In this document: positions 1-9,613 of the stretch, one piece after another
How the letters are laid out: each line of letters starts with the position of its first letter
Position numbering within the stretch: position 1 is the stretch's first letter
Assembly (NCBI GenBank): GCA_002010665.1
Contig: MTON01000027.1
Coordinates: 22,780-86,779, forward strand
Origin: Candidatus Aminicenantes bacterium JdFR-78
GTDB lineage: Bacteria; Acidobacteriota; Aminicenantia; JdFR-78
DNA length: 64,000 nucleotides
Direction: 5' to 3'
Translations under genes and position numbers: made by a program
Notes under the pieces: generated by a model
What the model was told of the DNA's origin: nothing
What the model saw: only the letters and a program-made list of their open reading frames with translations
Database searches by the model: none

Positions 1-106
1 ATTTCCCTCTTCCACGGCACTTAATAATATATCAAAAAAAATAAAAATTGCAACCTTAAATTTTGAAATCTTGATGAGAGCAAAACTTTATGGTATATTT
101 CGATAG

Positions 107-1063
107 ATGTTAAAGGAGAATATTTATCTATCAATAATTATTCCAGTATACAATGAAAGGGAAAATCTGGAGCAATTATATAATGAAATAATTGAAAGTT
201 TAGGAAATTTTGAGAAGAAATATGAGATAGTATTTGTGGATGACGGAAGCGAAGACGGTTCATTCTCTTTATTGAAAAAAATTCATAAGAGAGACCCAAG
301 GGTTAAAATAATAAGGCTAAGAAGAAATTTCGGTCAGACAGCTGCTTTATCAGCAGGTTTTGATTTTGCAAAAGGGAAAGTAATAATTACAATGGACGGT
401 GACTTACAGAATGATCCACATGATATTCCAAAATTGATTGAAAAATTGGAAGAAGGGTATGATATTGTGAGTGGATGGAGGTATAAGAGGAGGGATAATT
501 TCTTTACAAGAAGATTACCATCCATAATTGCCAATTGGTTAATTTCATTAATTACAAATGTGAAACTCCATGATTATGGATGTACATTAAAAGCTTTCAG
601 GGGAGAAGTAATAAAAAGCATTAAATTATATGGAGAAATGCACCGTTTTATCCCTGCTATTGCAAGTTCCATTGGAGTGAAAATAACAGAAATAAAAGTA
701 AATCATAGGAAGAGGAGAGCAGGGAAGTCAAAATATGGGATTTCTCGCACTATAAGGGTTTTTTTAGATTTAATAACAGTTAAATTCCTTCTAAGCTATT
801 CAACTAGACCTCTCCAAGTATTTGGATTAATAGGTCTTATAAGTGGATTAACGGGAACAGCTATAGGAGTTTATCTCTCTTACCAGAGGCTGATTTTAAA
901 AACAACAGGACTAACAAATAGGCCACTGCTTCTTTTAGCAATCTTGTTGATATTTATAGGAGTTCAGTTTATTACTATGGGGCTTTTAGCAGAAATGATT
1001 TCAAGAACATATCATGAATCAGTGAATAAAAAGATATACACTATTAGAGAGATAATTGAATGA
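107..1063 (+). CDS. Family 2 glycosyltransferase, polyprenol-phosphate sugar transferase type (GtrB/ArnC/DPM1-like), with C-terminal membrane anchor
   Basis: N-terminal 'SIIIPVYNE' and 'DGSxD' GT2 signatures, DxD-like 'MDGDLQND', and two predicted C-terminal TM helices, as in ArnC/GtrB. Confidence 0.8.
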   Translation: MLKENIYLSIIIPVYNERENLEQLYNEIIESLGNFEKKYEIVFVDDGSEDGSFSLLKKIHKRDPRVKIIRLRRNFGQTAALSAGFDFAKGKVIITMDGDLQNDPHDIPKLIEKLEEGYDIVSGWRYKRRDNFFTRRLPSIIANWLISLITNVKLHDYGCTLKAFRGEVIKSIKLYGEMHRFIPAIASSIGVKITEIKVNHRKRRAGKSKYGISRTIRVFLDLITVKFLLSYSTRPLQVFGLIGLISGLTGTAIGVYLSYQRLILKTTGLTNRPLLLLAILLIFIGVQFITMGLLAEMISRTYHESVNKKIYTIREIIE

Positions 1064-1069
1064 TGAAAA

Positions 1070-2230
1070 ATGAAAATATTAATGTTAGCACCTGAGCCTT
1101 TTTTCCAACCAAGAGGGACTCCCCTTAGTGAGTATTTTAGAATTAAAGCCTTATCTGATTTAGGGTATGCCACGGATTTGGTCACTTATCATATTGGCGA
1201 AGATGTAGAAATTGAAAATTTGAAAATTTATAGAATTCCTAAAATTCCATTTATAAAAGAAGTGAAAGTTGGACCTTCCCTTACAAAAGTGTTTTTAGAT
1301 TTTTTCCTTATTATAAAAGCTGTGGAGAGACTCCTGAAGGAAAGGTACTCTCTAATTTTTTCTCATGAAGAGGGGGCTTTTTTTGGAGTAATTTTAGCAA
1401 AAATCTGGAAAATTCCCCATTTGTATGATATGCATTCAAGTTTGCCCCAGCAACTTGAAAATTTCCAATTTTCAAGATCCAGAATTTTAAAGAAGATATT
1501 CACATGGATAGAAAAGTTTGTCTTAAGAAACTCTGAGAGGGTAATTGTGATTTGTAAGGATTTGTTAAATACTGCAAAAAAAATAATCCCTGAGGATAAA
1601 ATATTCCTGATTGAGAATTTTCTTACTCTCGAAGGGAAAGAATATTCAGATACTGATATTAAAAGAAAAAAGAAAGAACTTGGGATAAATAATAAAAAAA
1701 TAGTTGTATATGCGGGGACCTTTGAAAGTTACCAAGGAATTCCTTTGCTTTTAGAGGCTTTTAAAAAATTAGACCATAATGTTGTTCTTTTACTTTTAGG
1801 AGGAAAGCCAAAGCAGATTGAAGAATTAAAAAACATTGCTTTAAAACTTGATTTACTCGATAAAATATTTTTTTTAGGGCAGGTATCTCCTCTTGAAATT
1901 CCAATCTATCTCTCAATGGCAGATGTTTTAGTTTCACCTCGCTTAAGAGGAACTAATACTCCTCTTAAAATATACAGTTATTTAAAATCTGGAAAACCAA
2001 TTGTTGCGACAAAATTACCAACCCATTTGCAGGTCTTAAATTCAGAAAATTCAATTTTGGTTGAACCGAATCCAGAGAGTTTTGCCGAAGGAATTAAATT
2101 TGCTCTATACAACCCTAAAGCAAAGGAAATTGCCTTGAATGCCAAAAAATTTGCTGAGCAGGAGTACACATATAAAAATTATCTAATAAAAGTTAAAAAC
2201 ACGATGAATTTTCTTGAAAATAAATCATGA
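1070..2230 (+). CDS. Glycosyltransferase family 4 (GT-B fold, group 1)
   Basis: Length and pattern typical of GT4 (GT-B C-terminal domain 'VVYAGTFESYQGIPLLLEAF...LLGG'). Translationally coupled to neighbours. Confidence 0.75.
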   Translation: MKILMLAPEPFFQPRGTPLSEYFRIKALSDLGYATDLVTYHIGEDVEIENLKIYRIPKIPFIKEVKVGPSLTKVFLDFFLIIKAVERLLKERYSLIFSHEEGAFFGVILAKIWKIPHLYDMHSSLPQQLENFQFSRSRILKKIFTWIEKFVLRNSERVIVICKDLLNTAKKIIPEDKIFLIENFLTLEGKEYSDTDIKRKKKELGINNKKIVVYAGTFESYQGIPLLLEAFKKLDHNVVLLLLGGKPKQIEELKNIALKLDLLDKIFFLGQVSPLEIPIYLSMADVLVSPRLRGTNTPLKIYSYLKSGKPIVATKLPTHLQVLNSENSILVEPNPESFAEGIKFALYNPKAKEIALNAKKFAEQEYTYKNYLIKVKNTMNFLENKS

Positions 2231-3198
2231 AGGCATTTGTAACAGGTGGAAGTGGTTTTATTGGAACTCATTTGATTAACTTTCTGCTTTCCAGAAAATG
2301 GAAAATAAAAGCTCTTTTTCACAAGAGTCCCATAAATATTTCAAAGAATGAGATAGAAATTATAAAAGGAGATGTAAGGGATTTAAGCTTACTTGAGAAA
2401 TTCATAGAAAAAGGAGATATTGTAATTCATTTAGCCTCTGCTCTTGGCGCATCTTTAATTTCGGGAAAGGAGTTTTTTGAGATAAATGCAGAGGGAACAA
2501 GAAATGTTTTAATGGCATGTTTAAGAAATGGAGCAAAAAGAGTTATTCATTTTAGTTCAGCAGGTGTTATAGGCCATGTTAAAAGAGGTGAAATTGCTGA
2601 TGAAAATTATCCATTAAATCCAGAAGATTTTTATGAAAGAAGTAAACTTGAAGGGGAGAAAATTGCTGTTGAATATGGAAGAAAGGGATTAGATGTAATT
2701 ATTATCAGGCCAGGCTGGGTATATGGACCTGGTGATAAAAGGACTTTTAAATTAATAAAAGCAATTGCAAGTGGGAAATTTTTTATTATTGGGAAAGGAT
2801 TAACTACTCAGACTCCTATTTATATTGATGATTTAGTCGAAGGGGTTTATTTATGTCTTCAGAAAGGTCTTCCAGGGGAAATTTATAATTTAGCAGGACT
2901 TGAGATATTAAGTGTGAAGGAAATGGCTGAGATAATTGCTGAAAGTCTAAATAAAAGAATTTTTCCTATAAAAATTCCAGTATTTATTGCTAATATTTTA
3001 GCATGGAGTATGGACAGATCCTACAGGATTTTTAATCAAGAGGCCCCTTTAACACCATCCAAAATAAGATTTTTCACAAAAGCAAAATCTCTTTCTATTG
3101 ACAAAGCGAGAAAAGAATTAGGTTTTTATCCTAAAACTTCATTTCGGAATGGAATTGAAAAGACAATATCATGGTATAAAAAAAATGGCTGGCTTTAA
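2227..3198 (+). CDS. NAD-dependent sugar epimerase/dehydratase (SDR family)
   Basis: N-terminal Rossmann 'VTGGSGFIGTHL' and YxxxK-type SDR core. ATGA overlap with upstream GT. Confidence 0.8.
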   Translation: MKAFVTGGSGFIGTHLINFLLSRKWKIKALFHKSPINISKNEIEIIKGDVRDLSLLEKFIEKGDIVIHLASALGASLISGKEFFEINAEGTRNVLMACLRNGAKRVIHFSSAGVIGHVKRGEIADENYPLNPEDFYERSKLEGEKIAVEYGRKGLDVIIIRPGWVYGPGDKRTFKLIKAIASGKFFIIGKGLTTQTPIYIDDLVEGVYLCLQKGLPGEIYNLAGLEILSVKEMAEIIAESLNKRIFPIKIPVFIANILAWSMDRSYRIFNQEAPLTPSKIRFFTKAKSLSIDKARKELGFYPKTSFRNGIEKTISWYKKNGWL

Positions 3199-3203
3199 AA
3201 TGA

Positions 3204-3232
3204 TTGACATATTCCATATGAGAATATATATT
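3204..3232 (+). promoter_or_regulatory. Sigma70-like promoter TTGACA-17-TATATT upstream of the symporter gene
   Basis: TTGACA at 3204-3209, 17-nt spacer, TATATT at 3227-3232, about 40 nt before the ATG at 3273. Confidence 0.4.
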
Positions 3233-3272
3233 TTATTTTCAAATTTAGAATGAAAGCAAAAGGCGTGGAAAG

Positions 3273-4505
3273 ATGAGAAAAATTAAACTTCATACTCAAA
3301 TTTTAATTGGAATGCTTTTGGGAGTTATAATTGGGATAATTTTCCAAGAGAAAGCAGTAATAATTAAACCAATTGGTACCATCTTTATAAGACTTATTAC
3401 CATGGTTGTTGTTCCCTTGGTTTTTGTATCACTTTTTATTGGAACCGCAAGTTTGGGAGATATAAAGAAATTGGGAAGGATTGGTTTAAAAGCTTTCCTT
3501 TACTTTTTCATCACAACAGCAATAGCGATTTCTGTGGGTGTTACTCTTGCGAATGTAGTGAAACCAGGGAGAGGTTTGCCGGATGAAGTTCAAGCTCAAT
3601 TGTTGAAAAATTACCAGCAGGAAAAGATATTTGATTTTGGTAAATTAGAGGAGAGGCCGAGTCTGATTCAAACATTGGTAAATATAGTACCAACAAATCC
3701 AGTAAAAGCACTTGCAGAAGGTAATATGTTACAAATAATATTTTTAGCGATTATTTTTGGAATAGCAGTTACTCTCATAAAAAAGGAAAAAGCAAAAACA
3801 GTTATAGATTTTTTTGATGGCTTTAATGATACAATTATACAAATTGTACATATCGTTATGAGGCTTGCTCCTTACGGTGTTTTAGCTCTAATAGCTGCAG
3901 TAGTCGGGGAATTTGGAATAGATATTTTACTACCTTTATTAAAGTATTCGCTTGTGGTAGTTTCCGGACTCTTCATTTACACTTTAAGCGTAAATAGTTT
4001 AACAGTTGGTCTAATAGGGCGATTTAGCCCTATTAAATTTTTTAAAAATTATAGACCAGCTATGTTAATAGCATTCAGCACTTCAAGCAGTAATGCTGCT
4101 CTTCCAATTGCCATGGAATGTGTTCAGGAAAAAATGAATGTTTCAAGAGAAGTTACAAGTTTTGTCCTCCCACTCGGTGCAACCATTAATATGGACGGAA
4201 CTGCCCTTTATCAAGGAGTAGCTGCTATTTTCATAGCACAAATTTATGGAATGAATTTGGGGATTGTTCAACAATTGACAATAATTCTCACAGCTACCTT
4301 AGCATCTGTTGGAGCTGCTGGTGTGCCAGGTGCTGGAATAATTACTTTGGCAATGGTGCTTCAGGCAATAAATGTTCCTTTAGAGGGGATTGCTTTGATT
4401 TTGGGGGTTGATAGGATTTTGGATATGCTTAGAACTACCACTAACATTATAGGAGATGCAGCAGGAGCAGTGGTTGTAAATTCAACTGAAAAATTGAAGA
4501 AATGA
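3273..4505 (+). CDS. Dicarboxylate/amino acid:cation symporter (DAACS family, GltP/SstT-like)
   Basis: About 410 aa polytopic membrane protein with DAACS hallmark segments ('SSSNAALP', 'NMDGTALYQ', 'GVPGAG...'). Confidence 0.85.
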   Translation: MRKIKLHTQILIGMLLGVIIGIIFQEKAVIIKPIGTIFIRLITMVVVPLVFVSLFIGTASLGDIKKLGRIGLKAFLYFFITTAIAISVGVTLANVVKPGRGLPDEVQAQLLKNYQQEKIFDFGKLEERPSLIQTLVNIVPTNPVKALAEGNMLQIIFLAIIFGIAVTLIKKEKAKTVIDFFDGFNDTIIQIVHIVMRLAPYGVLALIAAVVGEFGIDILLPLLKYSLVVVSGLFIYTLSVNSLTVGLIGRFSPIKFFKNYRPAMLIAFSTSSSNAALPIAMECVQEKMNVSREVTSFVLPLGATINMDGTALYQGVAAIFIAQIYGMNLGIVQQLTIILTATLASVGAAGVPGAGIITLAMVLQAINVPLEGIALILGVDRILDMLRTTTNIIGDAAGAVVVNSTEKLKK

Positions 4506-5503
4506 CAAAAAATATTGGATATTATAGAAGAATATTACAAATGTTTTATCATTACAAAAAGAAATCTTTAATTTTACCCTATTACCCTGTTAGGTTTTGG
4601 ATTGAGCCTACAAGCTATTGTAATCTTAAATGTATAATGTGTCCTAATAAAGAGTTAAAAAAAGAGGAAAATGGTTATCTTGATTTAGAACTATTCAAAA
4701 AAATAATAGATGAAATAAAATATTTTGCTTTTGAAATTTTTCTCCATCACAGAGGAGAATCTTTAATACATCCGGATTTTTTCAAAATGGTAAAGTATGC
4801 TCATGAGGCAGGTATAACCGTTAAACTCCATACTAATGGAACTCTTCTTGATGAAAAAAAATCTTATCAGATAATAGAATCAGGACTTGATCAATTATCA
4901 TTTTCCTTTGATGGTTTTGACAAAGAAATTTATGAAAAAATAAGAGTCGGTGGGAATTTTGAAAAAGTGGTTAATAATATTATTCAATTTTTAAAAATTA
5001 AGAAGGAATTGAAGGCAAAGAAACCTTTTACGATTATTGAACTGATAAATTTTCCTCACATTTATTCAGATAATTCTAAAGAGAAAAGGGAAAAATTTTT
5101 AAACAGATTTAAGGGGCTCCCTCTGAATAGGGTTGAAATAAGAGAAATGCATAACTGGGCTGGACTGGTTGAAAAAAATCAAAACTCAAAAATTAAAACC
5201 CAAAATTCAAAAAATTACTCTCCCTGCACTTTTCTCTGGCAGGCTTTGATTATATTTTGGGATGGCTCTGTAGTTCCCTGTACTCAGGATTTTCATGGAT
5301 ATTATATACTGGGAAATGTAAAAGATGCTTCGATAAAAGAAATTTGGAATAATGAAAAAATGATAAATTTAAGAAAAAAAATGAGAAATAAGGATATTTG
5401 TGATCTTGATACATGTAAGAATTGTGACCGTTTGTGGAGAGAGAAATTTTTGGGGATTCCAAAAGAATATTTATGGAAATTTCTTTTGAAGAGAATGCCT
5501 TAA
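4502..5503 (+). CDS. Radical SAM enzyme with C-terminal SPASM-type Cys cluster
   Basis: CxxxCxxC 'CNLKCIMC' near the N-terminus. C-terminal extra Cys cluster 'CTFLW...PCTQDF...CDLDTCKNCDRL' consistent with a SPASM/twitch auxiliary Fe-S domain. Confidence 0.75.
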   Translation: MTKNIGYYRRILQMFYHYKKKSLILPYYPVRFWIEPTSYCNLKCIMCPNKELKKEENGYLDLELFKKIIDEIKYFAFEIFLHHRGESLIHPDFFKMVKYAHEAGITVKLHTNGTLLDEKKSYQIIESGLDQLSFSFDGFDKEIYEKIRVGGNFEKVVNNIIQFLKIKKELKAKKPFTIIELINFPHIYSDNSKEKREKFLNRFKGLPLNRVEIREMHNWAGLVEKNQNSKIKTQNSKNYSPCTFLWQALIIFWDGSVVPCTQDFHGYYILGNVKDASIKEIWNNEKMINLRKKMRNKDICDLDTCKNCDRLWREKFLGIPKEYLWKFLLKRMP

Positions 5504-5507
5504 ATAA

Positions 5508-6482
5508 ATGAAAATAGCAGCTCTATTACCTCATTTTGAAGTTTTCGGGGGAGTTAGAAGATATTTAGAAATAGGAAATGAATTGATAAAAAGAGGTCAC
5601 GAGTACGTGATTTTTAATGTGAGAGATAAAAAAGTGGAATGGTTTGATTTCCGTGGAAGCATTAAGTCAATGGACCAGATTGAAAAAGATTATTTTGACT
5701 TTGCTATTTGTAGTGAGTATTCAATATTGAATCATTTCGAAAAAATAAAAGCAAAAAGGAAAATTTTTTATTTTATATTAGAAGGACATAAAAGAGAGAA
5801 AGAGGTTATAAAAAAAGATTATATATTTCTTGGAAACTCTATAGGGATTTGTAAGAAAATTGAACGAAAATATGGTAAAAAATGTTTTCATGCACCAGGA
5901 GGAATAAATCCCGAGATTTTTTATCCTATAAAGAGGGAAAAGGACGAAAAGTTTAGAATTCTCTGTTATGGAAGAATATATAAAAGAAGAAAAGGTATAA
6001 ATAAAATTATAAAAGCAGTTGAAAAATTGTATAAAAAATACAAATTTTTAGAATTGATACTTTTTGATACACCTGTAGGAAAAGAAAAAATAGACATAAG
6101 GAAATTAATTAAGCCCAAAGTGCCCACTAAGTTTTTTATCAATCTTCCACAAGATAAAATGGCATGGCTATATTCTCAAGGAGATGTATTTGTTAGTGCA
6201 GAGAAAAGAGCGGGCTGGAGTAACACAACCGCAGAGGCAATGGCTTGTAAAATACCAGTTATATGCACAAAGAGTGGAACACAGGATTTTGCAATAAATA
6301 ATCAAACAGCACTCATAATTTCTTTTAACCATCCTTTATTTATAGCAAAAAAAATAGAGAATTTAATTAAAAATGAAGAATTAAGGTGCAAATTAGCGGA
6401 GAATGGATATAGAAAGATTCATGAGTTTACATGGTCAAAATTAGTCGATAAGCTGGAAAGTATATTTAATGACTTATTATAG
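5508..6482 (+). CDS. Glycosyltransferase (GT4-like, GT-B fold)
   Basis: N-terminal 'HFEVFGGVRRYLEIGNEL...GHEY' and C-terminal 'EAMACKIPVI' resemble the GT4 donor-binding region. Confidence 0.6.
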   Translation: MKIAALLPHFEVFGGVRRYLEIGNELIKRGHEYVIFNVRDKKVEWFDFRGSIKSMDQIEKDYFDFAICSEYSILNHFEKIKAKRKIFYFILEGHKREKEVIKKDYIFLGNSIGICKKIERKYGKKCFHAPGGINPEIFYPIKREKDEKFRILCYGRIYKRRKGINKIIKAVEKLYKKYKFLELILFDTPVGKEKIDIRKLIKPKVPTKFFINLPQDKMAWLYSQGDVFVSAEKRAGWSNTTAEAMACKIPVICTKSGTQDFAINNQTALIISFNHPLFIAKKIENLIKNEELRCKLAENGYRKIHEFTWSKLVDKLESIFNDLL

Positions 6483-6570
6483 CAATTGAATAGATATCAA
6501 ACTTATGATATTCTTTTATTCGGAATACATATTTTAATTTTTCCTTGAAATTCAATGGGAGGAAGTATTA

Positions 6571-6801
6571 ATGAGAGAAGAAGAATTGAAAAAACTTCTC
6601 CTAAAAGAGAATGAGGAATTTAAGAGACTTTATGAAAAACATCAGGAATGTGAGAAAAGATTGAAGATGCTTCAGGAGAAATTATATTTAAATGAGAACG
6701 AGAAATATGAGGAAAAAATATTAAAAAAAGAGAAGTTAGCATTAAAGGATAAAATGTATCATATTATAAATGAGTATAAAAAAATAAAAAATGGTGAATA
6801 A
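6571..6801 (+). CDS. Small coiled-coil protein, DUF465/YdcH-like
   Basis: 76 aa, strongly charged heptad pattern. C-terminal 'KKEKLALKDKMYHII' resembles the YdcH family signature. Confidence 0.45.
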   Translation: MREEELKKLLLKENEEFKRLYEKHQECEKRLKMLQEKLYLNENEKYEEKILKKEKLALKDKMYHIINEYKKIKNGE

Positions 6802-7825
6802 AAAAGATATAAATCTTGCTATTATTGGAACTTTTTCTCTTAAGGGTAAAGAATTAAAAAATACTCTGGAAAATAAGGATTTGCCAATAAAAAAAATAAG
6901 ATTCCTTGATCCAGAAGTAAAAGAAGAATACAGCCATCTCACTGATTTTAAAGGTGAGGCACAAATAATACAGAGTATAAAGGAAGAGCATTTATATAAT
7001 ATGGATATTGTATTTTTTGCTTCAGATTCAGAAATAAGTAAAAAATATTGTTCTCTTGCACAGGAATATAATTTCAAAGCGATTGATCTAAGTGGTACCT
7101 TTAATACTAAAACAGAAATTCCTTTGGTGGTAGCAGGAGTAAATGATGAAGTTTTAAATAATGAAAGTTATATAATAGCTAACCCCCATCCTTTAGCAAT
7201 TATACTCTCTACCTTTATACATTTTCTCCAAAAAAATTATTCTCTAAATAAAATACTTGTAGTTGCATTTCAACCCGCTTCAGAATATGAGAAGAGCGGA
7301 ATTGATGAATTAATGGATCAGAGTATAGGTTTTTTAAATTTATCCAAAATTCCAAAAAAGATATTTAAAGAACAAGTCGCATTTAATTTGATTTCAAGGG
7401 TTGGTAAATTGGAAGAGGACGGATTTACTGACATTGAAAGAACAGTTGTTAAAGAAATAAAAAGAATTCTTTCAAATGAATCTGTTCCATTATCTTTAAG
7501 TCTTATACAGGCTCCTATTTTTCATACCTATTCTATTTTATCTTTTATAGAATTTATAGACTCTCCAACAATTTCTGATTTAGAAAATATTTTTAAGAAA
7601 TCTTCTCTTTTTGAAATTACTTCTCCTAATGAAACTCCTCCATCTCCAGTTTCAACAGCAGGTAAAGATAAAATATGCATTGGACAGATAAAAAGGGATA
7701 GAGTTTTCTCAAATAGTTTCTGGTTCTGGTTGGTTGCTGATAATCTTACAAGAGGTTCTGTTTTAAATGCAGTAGAGGTCGCGGAGAAACTAATATCAAT
7801 AAAATTTCCGGCAATTAATAAATGA
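6791..7825 (+). CDS. Aspartate-semialdehyde dehydrogenase-like protein lacking catalytic Cys and NADP-binding glycines (probable pseudoenzyme / USG-1-like)
   Basis: Clear Asd architecture: 'IANPxxxxI' where Asd has 'ANPNCST', here 'ANPHPLA'. 'GTFSLKG' replaces GxxGxxG. Conserved 'FQPASE', 'FHTYS' and C-terminal 'FWLVADNLTRGSVLNAVEVAE'. Confidence 0.6.
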   Translation: MVNKKDINLAIIGTFSLKGKELKNTLENKDLPIKKIRFLDPEVKEEYSHLTDFKGEAQIIQSIKEEHLYNMDIVFFASDSEISKKYCSLAQEYNFKAIDLSGTFNTKTEIPLVVAGVNDEVLNNESYIIANPHPLAIILSTFIHFLQKNYSLNKILVVAFQPASEYEKSGIDELMDQSIGFLNLSKIPKKIFKEQVAFNLISRVGKLEEDGFTDIERTVVKEIKRILSNESVPLSLSLIQAPIFHTYSILSFIEFIDSPTISDLENIFKKSSLFEITSPNETPPSPVSTAGKDKICIGQIKRDRVFSNSFWFWLVADNLTRGSVLNAVEVAEKLISIKFPAINK

Positions 7826-9612
7826 AAGGAATTAAGAAACTATTCAAATTGATCACTCCCTATAAATTGATTTTCGCACTTTCTCTAATTGCTATGTTCA
7901 TGGTCGCAGTTTTTACCTATTTATTTGTGAATCTGGTTCAGCCAATAATGGACCGTCTTTTTAATCTGGTACCTCAAGGTGTTCCTCAAAAGATAAGGGT
8001 TATGGATGTAATTTTTAATTTTCTTAATATAACGAAGGAAAATTTAATTGTTGCCTTACCTATCATTTTAATAGTAACAATCTTTGGAAAGGGTTTATTT
8101 TCTTTTCTTTCGACTTTTGGAATGAAATCAATTGGGCACAGAATTGTCAAGGATTTAAGGGATAAATTATATGAGAAAATAATCCATCAATCCCTTACAT
8201 TTTTCAATAAATCTTCCACAGGAGAATTGATATCAAGAGTTATAAATGATACTCAAAAAATTCACGAAGCTGTTTCTGGTAGTCTTTCTGTGTTAATTAC
8301 GGAAACTATGACTCTTTTAGTGCTTTTTGTTGGAATTTTTATTATAGATTGGCAACTTACTTTAATTTCTCTTTCTGTTACACCATTTGCCATTATTCCT
8401 TTAATTTTGTTTGGTAAACAGCAGAAAAGAAAAGGTCTTGAAGGTCAGGTGAAAATAGCAGAGATTACTAATTCTTTGTTTGAGACTATCGCAGGAAACA
8501 AGATTATTAAAGCATTTAATATGGAGAAATTTGAAATAAAAGAATTTGTAAGAAAAACCTATGAACATTTTAAAATAAATATAAAATTGGCATTAATAGG
8601 GAGTCTTTCCTCCCCCTTTATGGAATTTATTGGTGCTCTTGCAGCTGCCTTCATTCTAATTATAGGAGCAAGTAAAATAGCCCGGGCTGAGATTAGTCCT
8701 GGAGATTTTGGTTCTTTTATTATGGCTATATTAATGATGTATATGCCAATAAGGAGATTAAGTAGAGCCAATAATACTATTCAGCAAGGTCTTGCTGGCT
8801 TGGAGAGAGTACATGAAATTTTAGCTATGAAATCTGATGTTGTAGAAAGTCCGAATGCATATCCTTTACCTCCAGTTAAAGGGGAAGTTGAGTTTAAGGA
8901 TGTGTATTTCAGTTATAATCAATCAATACCTGTTCTTAGGGGAATAAATTTAAGGGTTTCACCAGGGGAAATGGTTGCATTGGTTGGTTTAAGTGGTGCG
9001 GGGAAGACCACTCTTGTCAGTTTAATACCTCGATTTTATGATGTTTCATCAGGCAAAATTACAATTGATAAAATAGATATAAGAGAAGTGACTCTTTCTT
9101 CTCTTAGAGCTCAAATTTCACTTGTGACTCAAGATACAATTTTATTTAATGATACTGTAAAGAATAACATTGCTTATGGAGTTAATAATGCAAGTATGGA
9201 TGATATAATAAAAGCATCAAAAGCTGCAATGGCGCATGAATTTATTATTAAGCTTCCTAAAGGCTATGATACATGCATTGGAGAAAGAGGATGCTTGCTC
9301 TCTGCTGGGCAGCGCCAAAGAATTGCAATAGCTCGTGCTATTTTAAAGAATGCTCCAATTTTAATTCTTGATGAAGCAACATCTGCCCTTGACAGCGAGT
9401 CAGAGCGATTAATTCAAATTGCTCTAAATAATCTAATAAAGAATAGAACCACATTTGTTATTGCACATCGTCTTTCAACAATTAAAAAAGCAAATAGAAT
9501 TGTTGTTCTTGATAAAGGGAAAATTGTTGAAATGGGCTCTCATGAGGAACTTTTAAAGAAAGGTGGATTATATAGAAGACTCTATGAGCTCCAATTTATT
9601 GATTTAGAATAA
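7822..9612 (+). CDS. ABC exporter, fused permease-ATPase (MsbA/lipid A exporter-like)
   Basis: Six N-terminal TM helices. Walker A 'GLSGAGKTT', signature 'LSAGQRQR', Walker B 'ILILDEATSALD', H-loop 'IAHRLST'. Confidence 0.85.
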   Translation: MKGIKKLFKLITPYKLIFALSLIAMFMVAVFTYLFVNLVQPIMDRLFNLVPQGVPQKIRVMDVIFNFLNITKENLIVALPIILIVTIFGKGLFSFLSTFGMKSIGHRIVKDLRDKLYEKIIHQSLTFFNKSSTGELISRVINDTQKIHEAVSGSLSVLITETMTLLVLFVGIFIIDWQLTLISLSVTPFAIIPLILFGKQQKRKGLEGQVKIAEITNSLFETIAGNKIIKAFNMEKFEIKEFVRKTYEHFKINIKLALIGSLSSPFMEFIGALAAAFILIIGASKIARAEISPGDFGSFIMAILMMYMPIRRLSRANNTIQQGLAGLERVHEILAMKSDVVESPNAYPLPPVKGEVEFKDVYFSYNQSIPVLRGINLRVSPGEMVALVGLSGAGKTTLVSLIPRFYDVSSGKITIDKIDIREVTLSSLRAQISLVTQDTILFNDTVKNNIAYGVNNASMDDIIKASKAAMAHEFIIKLPKGYDTCIGERGCLLSAGQRQRIAIARAILKNAPILILDEATSALDSESERLIQIALNNLIKNRTTFVIAHRLSTIKKANRIVVLDKGKIVEMGSHEELLKKGGLYRRLYELQFIDLE

Positions 9613-9613
9613 A

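Noticed and set aside
74-107. Possible extended -10 promoter (TTGATG-17-TGgTATATT) before the first GT2 gene
   Set aside because: The predicted transcription start would fall at or after the annotated ATG at 107. Either the ORF start or the promoter call would have to be wrong, so it is not reported as a feature
334-534. Short antisense ORFs nested inside long CDSs on the opposite strand (e.g. 334-534, 1978-2169, 5250-5462, 8559-8771, 11480-11779, 12987-13172, 15202-15390, 19661-19855, 21404-21679, 25313-25507, 28277-28510, 29292-29528, 30694-30909, 31852-32178)
   Set aside because: Each lies wholly within a well-supported gene on the other strand, has no RBS and has low-complexity composition. 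These are typical AT-rich-genome shadow ORFs
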